The translations under genes were made by a program, and so were the position numbers. 64,000 bases of DNA from Marsupella aquatica (lineage: Eukaryota > Plantae > Marchantiophyta): NCBI GenBank assembly GCA_973895155.1, contig OZ316896.1:23269722-23333721 (forward strand), read 5' to 3'. Under the pieces are notes generated by a model. The model made no database searches, had not been told where the DNA came from, and saw only the letters and a program-made list of their open reading frames with translations. Of this stretch, positions 54,052 to 64,000 are shown piece by piece (within the stretch, counting starts at the first letter, position 1; every line of letters begins with the position of its first letter).

Positions 54052-56961
54052 ATGACTGACCTTACACCGAGGGAAGAAAGAGTGATTCAACGGGAGAGAG
54101 CTCGACTGCAGCAGCTCGCCGGGTGGCATGATACACAGCGACTGAGAGGGGCAGAAAGAGCTGGTAGCTCCGAAACTGGAAGTGGCGTCGAAGAAGACAT
54201 ACCAGAAGAGGAGTCGGTAAGGAGAAGTGAGTCTCCAACCGACATGGGGGAACCAGAGGCACGGCCAGACGAGAGGCCAGGGACCAGATTGAGCCAGCGG
54301 TCGCGCATACATTACAAGGCATTTCATGGGAGAGGAGATGAGGATCCGGACGAATGGTTGGATGATTTCGAGGGAACCGCTGCAGCAAATGGAGAATCGG
54401 CCATCAAGATGCAGATTCTTCCCGGCCTGTTCAAGGGTGAGGCTAGGCCTTGGTACAGAGCATTAGATGTGGAAGATCAAGCCATCTGGGATATCTTCAA
54501 AACACTCTTTGTTAAGGAGTTTCGACCCATTGGAACTTCAGAACTAGCAGTGCTGAAGTTGGGACAACTTCGGTTCAAGGAGAACAAATCCTTCAGGAAG
54601 TTCTTGCAACGCTTTCAGAAACTGGTAAGACGTACAAAGACCAATGCATCTGAAGGTATGCAACTTCAATGGTTGGTGAATGCTTTGCCACAGAAGATGA
54701 GTTTTGCAATTAGGAAGGAGAACCCGGAGACTTTAGCCGAAGCAATTAAGGATATTCAATTATACATTAATGCAGATATCACAAGCCGGAAGAAACAGCT
54801 TAAGTCTGAGAGTTCCTCATCAGAGGAGGGATCACCCCATAAGAAAAAAGAAAAGAAGAAGAAACATTCTAAGAAGTCTAGAAGTGATAAGTCAAGCTCG
54901 GATAGTGGGAGTAGCAAGAGTGAGTCATCTTCTAGTTCTGAAGAAGAAAAAACTAGGAAAAGGAAGGGCAGAAGGAGAGGGAAGACGAAAGTCAAGCTGG
55001 AGGCTAAGCCACCAGATAACATCGTAGCCCTTACCGAGCAACTTAAGGCTATCATTGCAGAAGTAAAACCGAAGAAGAAGGTAGTACAGGAGGATAGCTC
55101 TGTATGGTGTGCCTTATGTTATAAAACCGGACACCATAAAGATGCGTGTCCTAAGCTTAATACTAATCATGTTCGGCATGTGGCCGAGATCAGACCATGT
55201 CAGGGAGAAGTAGAGTACTTTTTAGGAGATGCCGCTGATAGTGTTTTCGGCATCAGTGAGACTGGAGCACGAGACCTATCCAACAGACCTGCATCTCTAT
55301 GGTCAGGGTTAAGGAACAATCCAGGAGGGATGTATCCTCGGATTATTCAGAAGTCGTCAGTACCTCCTAGGCCGAATGTGCAAAGATTTGCGGCGTGCTA
55401 TAATTGTGGTCAACCTGGCCATTTTGCTAGAGAATGCCCGAATGCACGCAAACAGGGTGATGGACAACCAGCTCAGCTATGTATGGGATGCCGACAAGAA
55501 GGTCATATGCTAGGGCAATGTCCTACTTGGTTGGCAGGCCTGGCCGCAAATCATAAACTTTTGCCGGTCAAGATCTTACCGCCAGGTACTACCCCCAGAG
55601 GAGTTCAAATCAACCACATCGAACTAGGATGGCAAGAGGATGTCGAGGCAGAGTTCGTACCATCTGATGATGAGGCCGAAGCCCTATCAACCTTCTCAGA
55701 GGAGGATTTAGATCATGATTGCTACCGGGTCTCTACTCGATCTACCAGAAGGAAGGAAAGGTGGGATGGGCTGGCCAAAAATAAAGGGAAGGTTACGGAG
55801 GAAAAGATCGACTCTTCGTCAACATCAACAGAAGGAGAAGGGAGGGCTCCGGCAATACAGGTAAGCCATGAGCCCACCAGTGAACCCAATCCTTCACAAG
55901 ATAGCGACTTCAATCGAGATCATCCTAAGTTGTTCTACCCCTCTGTTACGGCTAGTGTTAAGGAACAACTAAGAGAATTAGAAACCCTGGAGAATACCGA
56001 AGCCATTGCCAAGGATGTAAAACGAGCAAAAGCATTGTTTGCTTCGGAAGACCCAACAGCTATGGAGACTAGCGTGGCAAAACTGGCCGAATCCAAGACG
56101 GAAACACCACCAGAGGAGAAGCCGATTGTTCCCTATGACCTGGCTAAAGATGTACTAGAATCTAGAGTCTCGGCAACAGTAGGTCAACTATTGAAAAATA
56201 GCCCGTACTTCCGGAAGCAATTAAGGAAGGCTATTCTCGGCAAGCCGAGATTACCCAAGGTAGCAACCAGATCCGACGTACTAATGATAGAAGAAGATCA
56301 AGGAGCCCCAGCATTACCATTAATGATTCAAGGAGAATTATTACTACGGGTACCCATCGATGGAGGATCAGGGGTATGTATTATGATTGATTCAACAGCA
56401 AAAGGGTGGGGTCTAACACCGGAGATGACTGGAAGAGTGTTGAACATGGCCAATGGATATCAGGTCATTCCCACGGGAGTGTTAACCGGCATCAAGACAG
56501 AGATAGGAGGTATCTTCTTTAGCATTAACTATGTAGTAATGAAGCCGGTAAATCCTACGTCATTCCGGCTATTGATTGGTAGGCCATGGCTGTACCTAGC
56601 CGAGGTAATAGAAGATTGGGGTAAAAAACAGTTCACTTTCGGGACCCCCTCTATCACGGTATCCTGGGACACTAAGGATGACCGTAGGAAAAGCATAAGG
56701 GAAGTAGATGGGTACGACAGTGGACTGGAGTCAGCCGATGAAGTACGTTGGTTAGAATGCCTCACTGACCTAACCGAAGAAAGTGTCTTTGGACCAGAGG
56801 TACCCCCCAGCGGATTATGGCAAGAACCAATAGAAGGTGACTTGGAAGAAGAAGACGAAGAGGTCGAGGACTGCTTTACAATAGAATCCACCTTTTTAGC
56901 TGCAATTCCGGAGGAAGTGAAGGATGTAGACCAATTGGATGAACGGCTAAGTGGGGAGTAG
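54052..56961 (+). CDS. gag: Gag-protease (copy 3), shortened by a 1-bp deletion near 56942
   Basis: Homologous to 1906-4899; GAAACGG has become GAACGG. Confidence 0.9.
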   Translation: MTDLTPREERVIQRERARLQQLAGWHDTQRLRGAERAGSSETGSGVEEDIPEEESVRRSESPTDMGEPEARPDERPGTRLSQRSRIHYKAFHGRGDEDPDEWLDDFEGTAAANGESAIKMQILPGLFKGEARPWYRALDVEDQAIWDIFKTLFVKEFRPIGTSELAVLKLGQLRFKENKSFRKFLQRFQKLVRRTKTNASEGMQLQWLVNALPQKMSFAIRKENPETLAEAIKDIQLYINADITSRKKQLKSESSSSEEGSPHKKKEKKKKHSKKSRSDKSSSDSGSSKSESSSSSEEEKTRKRKGRRRGKTKVKLEAKPPDNIVALTEQLKAIIAEVKPKKKVVQEDSSVWCALCYKTGHHKDACPKLNTNHVRHVAEIRPCQGEVEYFLGDAADSVFGISETGARDLSNRPASLWSGLRNNPGGMYPRIIQKSSVPPRPNVQRFAACYNCGQPGHFARECPNARKQGDGQPAQLCMGCRQEGHMLGQCPTWLAGLAANHKLLPVKILPPGTTPRGVQINHIELGWQEDVEAEFVPSDDEAEALSTFSEEDLDHDCYRVSTRSTRRKERWDGLAKNKGKVTEEKIDSSSTSTEGEGRAPAIQVSHEPTSEPNPSQDSDFNRDHPKLFYPSVTASVKEQLRELETLENTEAIAKDVKRAKALFASEDPTAMETSVAKLAESKTETPPEEKPIVPYDLAKDVLESRVSATVGQLLKNSPYFRKQLRKAILGKPRLPKVATRSDVLMIEEDQGAPALPLMIQGELLLRVPIDGGSGVCIMIDSTAKGWGLTPEMTGRVLNMANGYQVIPTGVLTGIKTEIGGIFFSINYVVMKPVNPTSFRLLIGRPWLYLAEVIEDWGKKQFTFGTPSITVSWDTKDDRRKSIREVDGYDSGLESADEVRWLECLTDLTEESVFGPEVPPSGLWQEPIEGDLEEEDEEVEDCFTIESTFLAAIPEEVKDVDQLDERLSGE

Positions 56962-59900
56962 TAGCAGGGACAGTGGATTTTCTGCAGGCGTTGTGGCAGA
57001 GCCGGCAGGGTTCACAGCACCATCAATCATCGGCAAGGAATTAAATACCAAGGGATCGGCATACAAGCCGATTACGAGGGCAGAACAAATTGAGGCCCTA
57101 TTAGAAGCCGAGAGAGCACAGCGGCCTAACTCTCAGGAGCAAGAGGTGGATGAGATGGACAGACACGATCCAGAGCCAAGGCAGGAAGGGGAGCCGACCA
57201 CCAATTCAAAACCGAATAGACCGGCAAGGGGACAATCTATGGACACCAAGGAAGGGACCGACTCGGCTAGTCCAGCCGAGATTCCAGTTTATGGAGGTAT
57301 GAGATTAGAGAGACTGGAAGCCGAACTGGACCCGAATTTGAAGAAGCAGATTAATATGATCCAAGCACGGCAATATCGGAAGCTCGACTTAGGAGAGGGA
57401 AGAGAACTGAACTTAGGGAGAAACCTAGCACCTGAGCTTGAGAAAGAGATCAGTGACTTATTGATTGAATTTCAGGATGTGTTTGCATGGAGTCACCAAG
57501 ATCTAAAGGGAGTAGATCCAACACTAGGGGAACATCGAATTGATCTCATGTTAGGAGCCAAATCATTTCGACAACCAATTCGAAGGATGAACCCGAAGTA
57601 TTCCCTGCTGGTCAAAACAGAAATCGACAAACTAGTGGAAGCTGGATTCATCACTCCAGTCCTGCATTCAGATTGGGTGTCTCCAATTGTGATAGTTCCC
57701 AAGAAAGCTGGACCCGATGGTAAACCCAAGATCCGGGTTTGTCAGGATTACAGGAAGCTGAATGAAGCAACATTAAAAGACCATTTTCCTTTACCGTTTA
57801 CTGATATGGTACTAGACATGGTAGCCAGTCATGAACTATATTCATTCATGGATGGATACTCTGGTTATAACCAAATCAGGATTCGGCAGGAAGACCAAAT
57901 CAAGACGGCCTTCATCACGGAATGGGGGATCTATGTCTTCAATCGTATGCCGTTTGGACTCTGCAACGCACCAGCTATGTTTCAACGATTAATGGTGAAC
58001 ATTTTTCATGATTACTTGAGAAAGTTCATGGAAATCTTCATTGATGACTTTGCAGTATTCGGGAAGGCATCGAAACATGCTAAATACCTCAGGAAAACCT
58101 TCATGAGATGTAGAGAGGTGGGTCTCAAGTTACACCCAGATAAATGTTTCTTTGCAGTAACCGAGGGGGTGCTACTAGGTCACAAGGTATCAAGGAAGGG
58201 CATTGAGATTGACAAAGGTAAGCTAGCAGTATGGCTAGATATCATGCAACCTAAGAACATAAAGGATGTAAGATCCTTCTTGGGATGCATTGGTTACTAT
58301 CGCCGGTTCATCAAGGATTTTGCCAAGCTAGCTTTACCATTAACCAACATGCTCAAGGCAGGAGCAGACTTCGAACCCACACCCGAACGAGTCACAGCGG
58401 TGGTAGAATTGAAGCAGATGTTAGTCGAGGCCCCAGTCATGATAGCACCGGACTGGAACAAAGATTTTCATGTTTTTGTAGATGTCTCGGGCTTCTGTAT
58501 TGGCTCAGTACTAAGTCAGTTGGATGAGAAAGAAAGGGACCATCCCATATACTTCGCAAGCCGTCAGCTTGCCGATGCCGAACGGAACTACTCCACCACA
58601 GAGAGAGAAGCATTAGGAGTCATTTATTCTTGTAAAAAGTTTAGGCATTATTTACTAGGGTACAAGGTAATCTTTCATACCGATCATGAAAGTTTGAAGT
58701 ACCTAGTCAACAAGCCGGACCTTACAGGCAGAGTAGCAAGATGGATTTTGCTATTACAGGAGTTTGACTATGAGCTGAGGATCAAGTCGGGAAAGTTACA
58801 TGCCAATGCCGACTTCTTTTCAAGGATCACAGGTAAACCTGCCACGGATTGCATCGATGATCGATTCCCCGACGAGGAGCTATTCGTTGTGGAAATAGCT
58901 GATACATGGTACCCTGAGATTTTACAATTTCTCAGCACTTCCAGATTACAGCCAGGATTAAGCCGAGAGCAAGCCGCAGTCTTTGTGCGGAAGGTCAGAC
59001 AGTATCAGTGCATTAAAGGCATACTGCACAAACATGGAATCAACGGCACGATTCAAAGGTGTTTGGAAAAGAGAGAGGTAAAACGAGTCCTACGAGCCAT
59101 GCATGGAGAGGAGGCCGGAGGACATTTTGCCCCAGTAACCACGTCTAAGAAGATATTAAATGCCGGTTACTGGTGGCCCACCTTGCACAAAGATGTCTAT
59201 CAGTTTATCAAACAATGCGATCCTTGTCAACGAGCGGGAGGACCAAGGGCGTCCACCAGACATCCACTGCACCCTATTCTACCTCTGGCACCATTCGAGA
59301 AGTGGGGTATTGATTACATTGGACCTCTGAAACCACTGACCCACCCTCGACGGAACAAGTACATAATCCTGGCTACGGATTATGCAACTAAATGGGTAGA
59401 GGCCAGACCAACAACAAAGGATGATGCAATTACTACGGCTAGATTCATGTATGAGCAGATCTTCACCAGGTATGGAGCACCCCTAGAATTAGTTAGTGAT
59501 AGAGGAACTCATTTTTTGAATGATATAATTAGTCGTTTAAATGAGCAGTATTTAGTTAAACATAGGCCTACTACTCCCTACCATCCAAAGGCAAACGGGT
59601 TGACAGAACGAGCAAACGGAATTATAGGAAAGATATTGAACAAGACAGTAGCTCAGAACAAACTTGATTGGGATGATAAATTGTTTGCTGCTGTTTTTGC
59701 TTACAATCTTGCCTATAAATCCACTACCGGTCATACACCCTTCTTCTTAACCTTTGGACAAGAAGCCCTGGTACCCATGCAACTTGAGATACCGACATTT
59801 CAAGTTACAATTGAGGAAAGAGCCTCAGCGGAGGAGAGCCTAAAGGAGCGAGAATATAGGTTAGAAGCTTTAGAGGAGGCGAGAATGATTTCAGCCGAGA

Positions 59901-60217
59901 GAGTAGAATATAGACAGAGTATCATGAAGCAGCAGTATGATAAAAAGTTGAGAGTAGTTAGTATTCATACCGGTGATCTTGTGCTACTTTATGACAGTAG
60001 GTATAGTAGGTTTCCAGGAAAGCTTTACACTCGCTGGTTAGGACCCTTTAGAGTAACCATGATGTTCCCCAATGGCTCCGTACAATTGGCCAACATTACG
60101 GAAGAGGTATATCCAGTTTGCATCCATTATGACCGCCTCAAGAAATACTATATGGACGAAGATGAAGTTGTTCGCGAGGACGCTTCACAATTAAGTGGGG
60201 AGCTATGTGATGCCTAG
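56951..60217 (+). CDS. pol: Pol RT-RH-INT (copy 3)
   Basis: Near-identical to the other copies; motifs intact. Confidence 0.94.
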   Translation: MGSSSRDSGFSAGVVAEPAGFTAPSIIGKELNTKGSAYKPITRAEQIEALLEAERAQRPNSQEQEVDEMDRHDPEPRQEGEPTTNSKPNRPARGQSMDTKEGTDSASPAEIPVYGGMRLERLEAELDPNLKKQINMIQARQYRKLDLGEGRELNLGRNLAPELEKEISDLLIEFQDVFAWSHQDLKGVDPTLGEHRIDLMLGAKSFRQPIRRMNPKYSLLVKTEIDKLVEAGFITPVLHSDWVSPIVIVPKKAGPDGKPKIRVCQDYRKLNEATLKDHFPLPFTDMVLDMVASHELYSFMDGYSGYNQIRIRQEDQIKTAFITEWGIYVFNRMPFGLCNAPAMFQRLMVNIFHDYLRKFMEIFIDDFAVFGKASKHAKYLRKTFMRCREVGLKLHPDKCFFAVTEGVLLGHKVSRKGIEIDKGKLAVWLDIMQPKNIKDVRSFLGCIGYYRRFIKDFAKLALPLTNMLKAGADFEPTPERVTAVVELKQMLVEAPVMIAPDWNKDFHVFVDVSGFCIGSVLSQLDEKERDHPIYFASRQLADAERNYSTTEREALGVIYSCKKFRHYLLGYKVIFHTDHESLKYLVNKPDLTGRVARWILLLQEFDYELRIKSGKLHANADFFSRITGKPATDCIDDRFPDEELFVVEIADTWYPEILQFLSTSRLQPGLSREQAAVFVRKVRQYQCIKGILHKHGINGTIQRCLEKREVKRVLRAMHGEEAGGHFAPVTTSKKILNAGYWWPTLHKDVYQFIKQCDPCQRAGGPRASTRHPLHPILPLAPFEKWGIDYIGPLKPLTHPRRNKYIILATDYATKWVEARPTTKDDAITTARFMYEQIFTRYGAPLELVSDRGTHFLNDIISRLNEQYLVKHRPTTPYHPKANGLTERANGIIGKILNKTVAQNKLDWDDKLFAAVFAYNLAYKSTTGHTPFFLTFGQEALVPMQLEIPTFQVTIEERASAEESLKEREYRLEALEEARMISAERVEYRQSIMKQQYDKKLRVVSIHTGDLVLLYDSRYSRFPGKLYTRWLGPFRVTMMFPNGSVQLANITEEVYPVCIHYDRLKKYYMDEDEVVREDASQLSGELCDA

Positions 60218-63183
60218 ACAGGAATCACTCGGCCAGTTAAGTGGGTAAACCAAGAAGGCACCCTAGGAACACCTTAGTATAGGGACAAAACAAGGAAAAT
60301 ATAAACCATTAGGGGCAACCATGGAACCCGGGCCGAGGCCGGAGGTAAGGACGCTGAGGGTGAAAACCCGATTAGGGTTAGTGCGCGTTAAGCGTCGGCG
60401 GCTAGGAAGGATCAACGGGAAGAAGGACCGGCAGAGGAGAGGGGTAAGGAGCGCTTGCAGGAGATGGTGGCTCATTTGCGAGCACGAACTAGGCAGACGA
60501 CTACGGGAGGCCAACTACTGTCAGCTGCTTAGGCAAGCACTCGGGGAGAGAGTAGATACCGATGATCGACCTAAGGAGGGTATGAGCAACGTCAATCAAG
60601 CGGCACATTTCTGGGGATGCCTGTTCGAACGGGCAACTGAGTACATCAAGACTTACGAGGATGAGGAATTAGAAAGGGCAGCTCGAGAACGGCAGGAGCT
60701 CGCTCGATTGTGGGAGCTGCAGAAGACGGCTTTCTTAGGAGGCGAACTCATCAAGGACGAGTTCCTGTGGACGCCTACTTCCAATCAACTCGACGATCTT
60801 CTGTTTTGCAAAGACAGCGTCGTCGGCATCCGAGAGGCCATCAAGAACTACAACGACATACACTGGGAATTAAAGGGTAGCACGGAAAGGTGGACCCAGG
60901 CAACGGTGCTAGGAGAAACCTCCACGGCAGCAGAGATGAAGAGGAAGGGAGCCGTCAACGATGAAGCCACCCCGGCAAAAAGAACGAGGTCGGCGGCACC
61001 AAAGAGGCCAGCCGAGCAGCAGAGCAGGAGGCAGGGAGAAGCCGAAGAGGAGGAGGTTGATCCCATCAAGGCCATTCCAACCAGGGATGACACCTGGAAG
61101 GGCTGGGCGGCAACCCTACCGGTGGAGGTGCAACTACATTTTGCACGGGAGGAGGATGCATGCTTTACGGCCATGCAGACCAAGAAGTACCAAGGCTTCA
61201 TGGCCGAATCCGGCTTAGAGGCCTTTGTAAGATTACCATGGCTGAAGCCGGAGGTACCGGAGTCAGACCTATTAGAATTCGTGGGGTCATGGGAACCCGA
61301 GACCAATTGCACGAGGATATATGGGAAGGATTTCTATCTTACTCCCAAGGTAATTGCCGAAGTGTTTGGCTTGCCGATAGGCAATAAGACCAAAGTTGAT
61401 ACCAGGAAGACCTTGCCTGACAAGGAGTTCCGGTCGTTCCCCGGGCCATCAACGAAGAATGGCTTCTTCCGGAACACCTGCACCAACCCGCACATAGGAG
61501 AGATGATCGACTTCTTGCGGGTGACGATGCATTGTAACTTGCCGAGGGCAGAGATCGACAAGGCACAGGTCTATCTGGCAGAAAGGCCAGACCCAAGCCG
61601 GGACTACAACGGGTACCTCCTCAACCAATTGAAGAAGATCTTAAAGGAGGAGCAGCAGGTAATCGGCATGGGGAGCGTGTCGCGGCTTGGCTATCACATG
61701 CCGCTGTTGTGCCGGTATGCCAGAGGTCAGACTTTTGCCCCAGTACTTCCCCTGCAGGTAAGGGCACCCGAGGAAGCTCCAACGCCGAGGCCGTTGGCTG
61801 AGAAGCCTCAACCACCTGTTAGCCCTACGATCGAGCAGGTGTTTAGGCCCAGGAAGGAGGACTTGCCGATGCAGCAACCAGGTATGCAGAGTCTGCTGAA
61901 ACTACTGGAGAAAGAAAAGAAATCGGCATCGGCAACAACAACGGCAACGGCAACAATGCAGGACACTACTACAGAGGTAGGCCTACACCGGCTCACAAGA
62001 GAAAACCCCTTTGCTGGAGACAAGGAGAGAATCAGGCCGGAATCCAAGCCAGGTGTTCGAATGTATGTGGGAATCTCAAGCTCCGAATCTGAGGTAGAAT
62101 TGCCTGAAGCTCCTACCGACGAAGAGGAGAGGGAGAAGCCGGACGTCCAAGAAGTAGAGGAGGCAGTGGAGGACTGCAGCCATGATAATTCCGGCTATGG
62201 GTCGGACCATCACGTTCCAGGAGTAAGGACCTGTGGCCGGTTTGTCCCCACACTCCCAAGGGTAGTGCGAGGGGACCCCAACCAGCAGAGTAGCCCTGAG
62301 TCTCCCCCACCAGATGTTGCTCCCCCGAGCTTCGACGGCATAAAACAGACGGTGCAGGAATTTCAGGAGCGAATCAGGCAGGAAGAGGAGGCAGCCCTGG
62401 CTAGGGAAAAGGATTTACCAGGAGGAGATTGGCCGGAGGACATCAGGCGGCTAGCCGAAAAAGGAAGCAAACCTCTAGCCACGATTGAAGAGATCCGCAA
62501 GACGGCTTGGGACCAGAGGCCGCGATGGGCGATGCCAATCACTTCTACTTACTCCACCTACGCTAAGAATAGAGCCATGGAGTATGGTGAGATGTGTGGG
62601 GAACTTGCGCTCGGCATCTTTGGAGAGGAGTTGGAGGTAGGACCCTTTTTCCATAGGGAGCAGTTGGAGAAGCACCAATTAGAAGAAGCGGTGGCTTTAG
62701 AGAGAAGCAAGAAGGACGAGGTCATTCGGCGGCTTAGGAGGATGGAAGCCGAGATTGAAGATCTAAGGGCGGCCAAGAAAGCCCAAGATGAACTACGGAT
62801 TAAACGACATGAGCTGAACATCATGCAGGGGCAGTTGGACACCGCGCAGGCTGATAATCAGAATATCAAGGATAAACTGACTCAGACGCAGGGAGAGTTG
62901 GCCGACACGATCAAAGAGAGGGAGAAGTGGAAGCAAGAGCTGAAGAATACAGAGGAGGCCCACATAACAGCCAACAGCCGGGCCATGGCGGAGACCCAAA
63001 GAAAGGAATGGGCGTTGAAGGGGGAGCTCGAGAAAATCCGCGGAGCCCTTGAGCAGAAGGAGGCCGAGTTAGGGAAATCCTATCAAGGGATTATGGCGCT
63101 GCAGCAGGAGCTTGCGTCCCTGACGGCCAGCTTCAAGGCCGACCTAAGGGAGAAGGACGAGATGCTCGAACAGACTTACGCCA
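60206..63183 (+). repeat. 3' LTR of copy 3, truncated at about 2.98 kb
   Basis: Starts after the PPT; matches the 5' LTR up to ...ACTTACGCCA. Confidence 0.92.
60321..63183 (+). pseudogene. LTR-encoded protein truncated in the coiled coil (reads on to 63437 through foreign sequence)
   Basis: Open from ACCATGG to ...EQTYA, then unrelated antisense-RT residues. Confidence 0.8.
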
Positions 63184-64000
63184 TCCAGGCCGCAACTTTC
63201 TCTTGGTCCACCTCAATGCCCCGTTTGGACACACGATGCCCGAGTAACACCCCCTCCTCTACCCCAAAGAAGCATTTGGCGGGATGTAGTTTGAGGTTAA
63301 CATCTTGGCATCGTTGCAACGTTCGTCGTAGGTGTTCGGGGTGCATGGCAACGGTTCCGAAGATGGCAAAGTCATCGATAAATATCTCCAAAAATTCCCG
63401 TAGGAAATCGTGGAAGATATTCATCATAAGGCGCTGAAACATAGCCGGGGCGTTACACAGACCAAAAGGCATCCTCCAAAATGCGAACGTCCCCCACTCC
63501 GTAGTGAAAGTTGTTTTGAGCTGATCCGCGAGACGAATCCAGATTTGGTTATAACCTGAATACCCGTCAAGAAATGTATAGATTTCATTTCGGGCCACCA
63601 TATCTAGAACCATATCCGTGAATGGTAATGGGTAATGGTCTTTTCGGGTTGCGTCATTCAGCTTACGGTAGTCCTGACAGATACGAATCTTAGGTTTTCC
63701 ATCCGTACCTCCCTTCTTTGGTACAATGACAATGGGAGAGACCCAGTCGCTGGCCATTACCGGGTAAATGATATCGGCGGCGAGGAGACGATCAATTTCC
63801 TCCTTCACTAAGATGGAGTACCTCGGATTCATGCGACGTTGTCGCTGTCGTACCGCATGGGCTCCTAGGTTCAGATCGATTGTGTGTTCTCCCAACTCGG
63901 GGGAGACGCTTGTTAAATCATGATGACTCCATGCAAACACATCTTCATATTCCTTGAGCAAAGCTTGGATGGATTTTTCAGCCTTCCCCGTCAGAGCGTG
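63184..64000 (-). mobile_element. Reverse transcriptase fragment of a related but distinct Gypsy family, inverted
   Basis: DVFAWSH, SDWVSPIVIVPKK, DGYSGYNQI, MPFGLCNAP, FIDDF on the minus strand; many substitutions relative to copies 1-3; cut at the junction. Confidence 0.9.

Larger units (their letters stand above)
49319..63183 (+). mobile_element. Ty3/Gypsy giant-LTR family, copy 3 (variant; 3' LTR truncated)
   Basis: Starts TGTGATGCC at 49319 after TGGAG; same layout as copy 2; homology stops abruptly at 63183. Confidence 0.93.

Noticed and set aside
60321-63437. 1038-aa ORF with a novel C-terminus
   Set aside because: The last ~84 aa are chance read-through into antisense RT sequence past the 63183 breakpoint.

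Overview
Eukaryotic, plant-type, transposon-saturated DNA with no recognisable intact host gene. It holds three co-oriented copies of one non-chromoviral Ty3/Gypsy family: 1-12720 (cut by the window edge), 26608-42151 (complete, TSD GCTTT) and 49319-63183 (3' end broken). Their LTRs are about 4.66 kb, and each LTR contains a whole ORF of about 1,200 aa (plant-transposon-type N-terminal domain, long coiled coil, NLS), so every provirus carries the gene twice. The family also has a copy of its PPT near the provirus midpoint, at the gag-pro/pol junction. Copy 1 appears to sit inside a CACTA element (TnpD, TnpA-like gene, right end TAGTG at 21450). Copy 2 is the innermost layer of a TSD-verified four-level nest: a Myb/SANT trihelix pseudogene interrupted by a Bianca-like Copia (TSD AATAC), whose 3' LTR is interrupted by a pol-less Bianca-type element (TSD AACTA), which contains the Gypsy. 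Copy 3's 3' LTR is fused to an inverted RT fragment of a different Gypsy family. All calls were made by eye from sequence motifs; no database searches were run.
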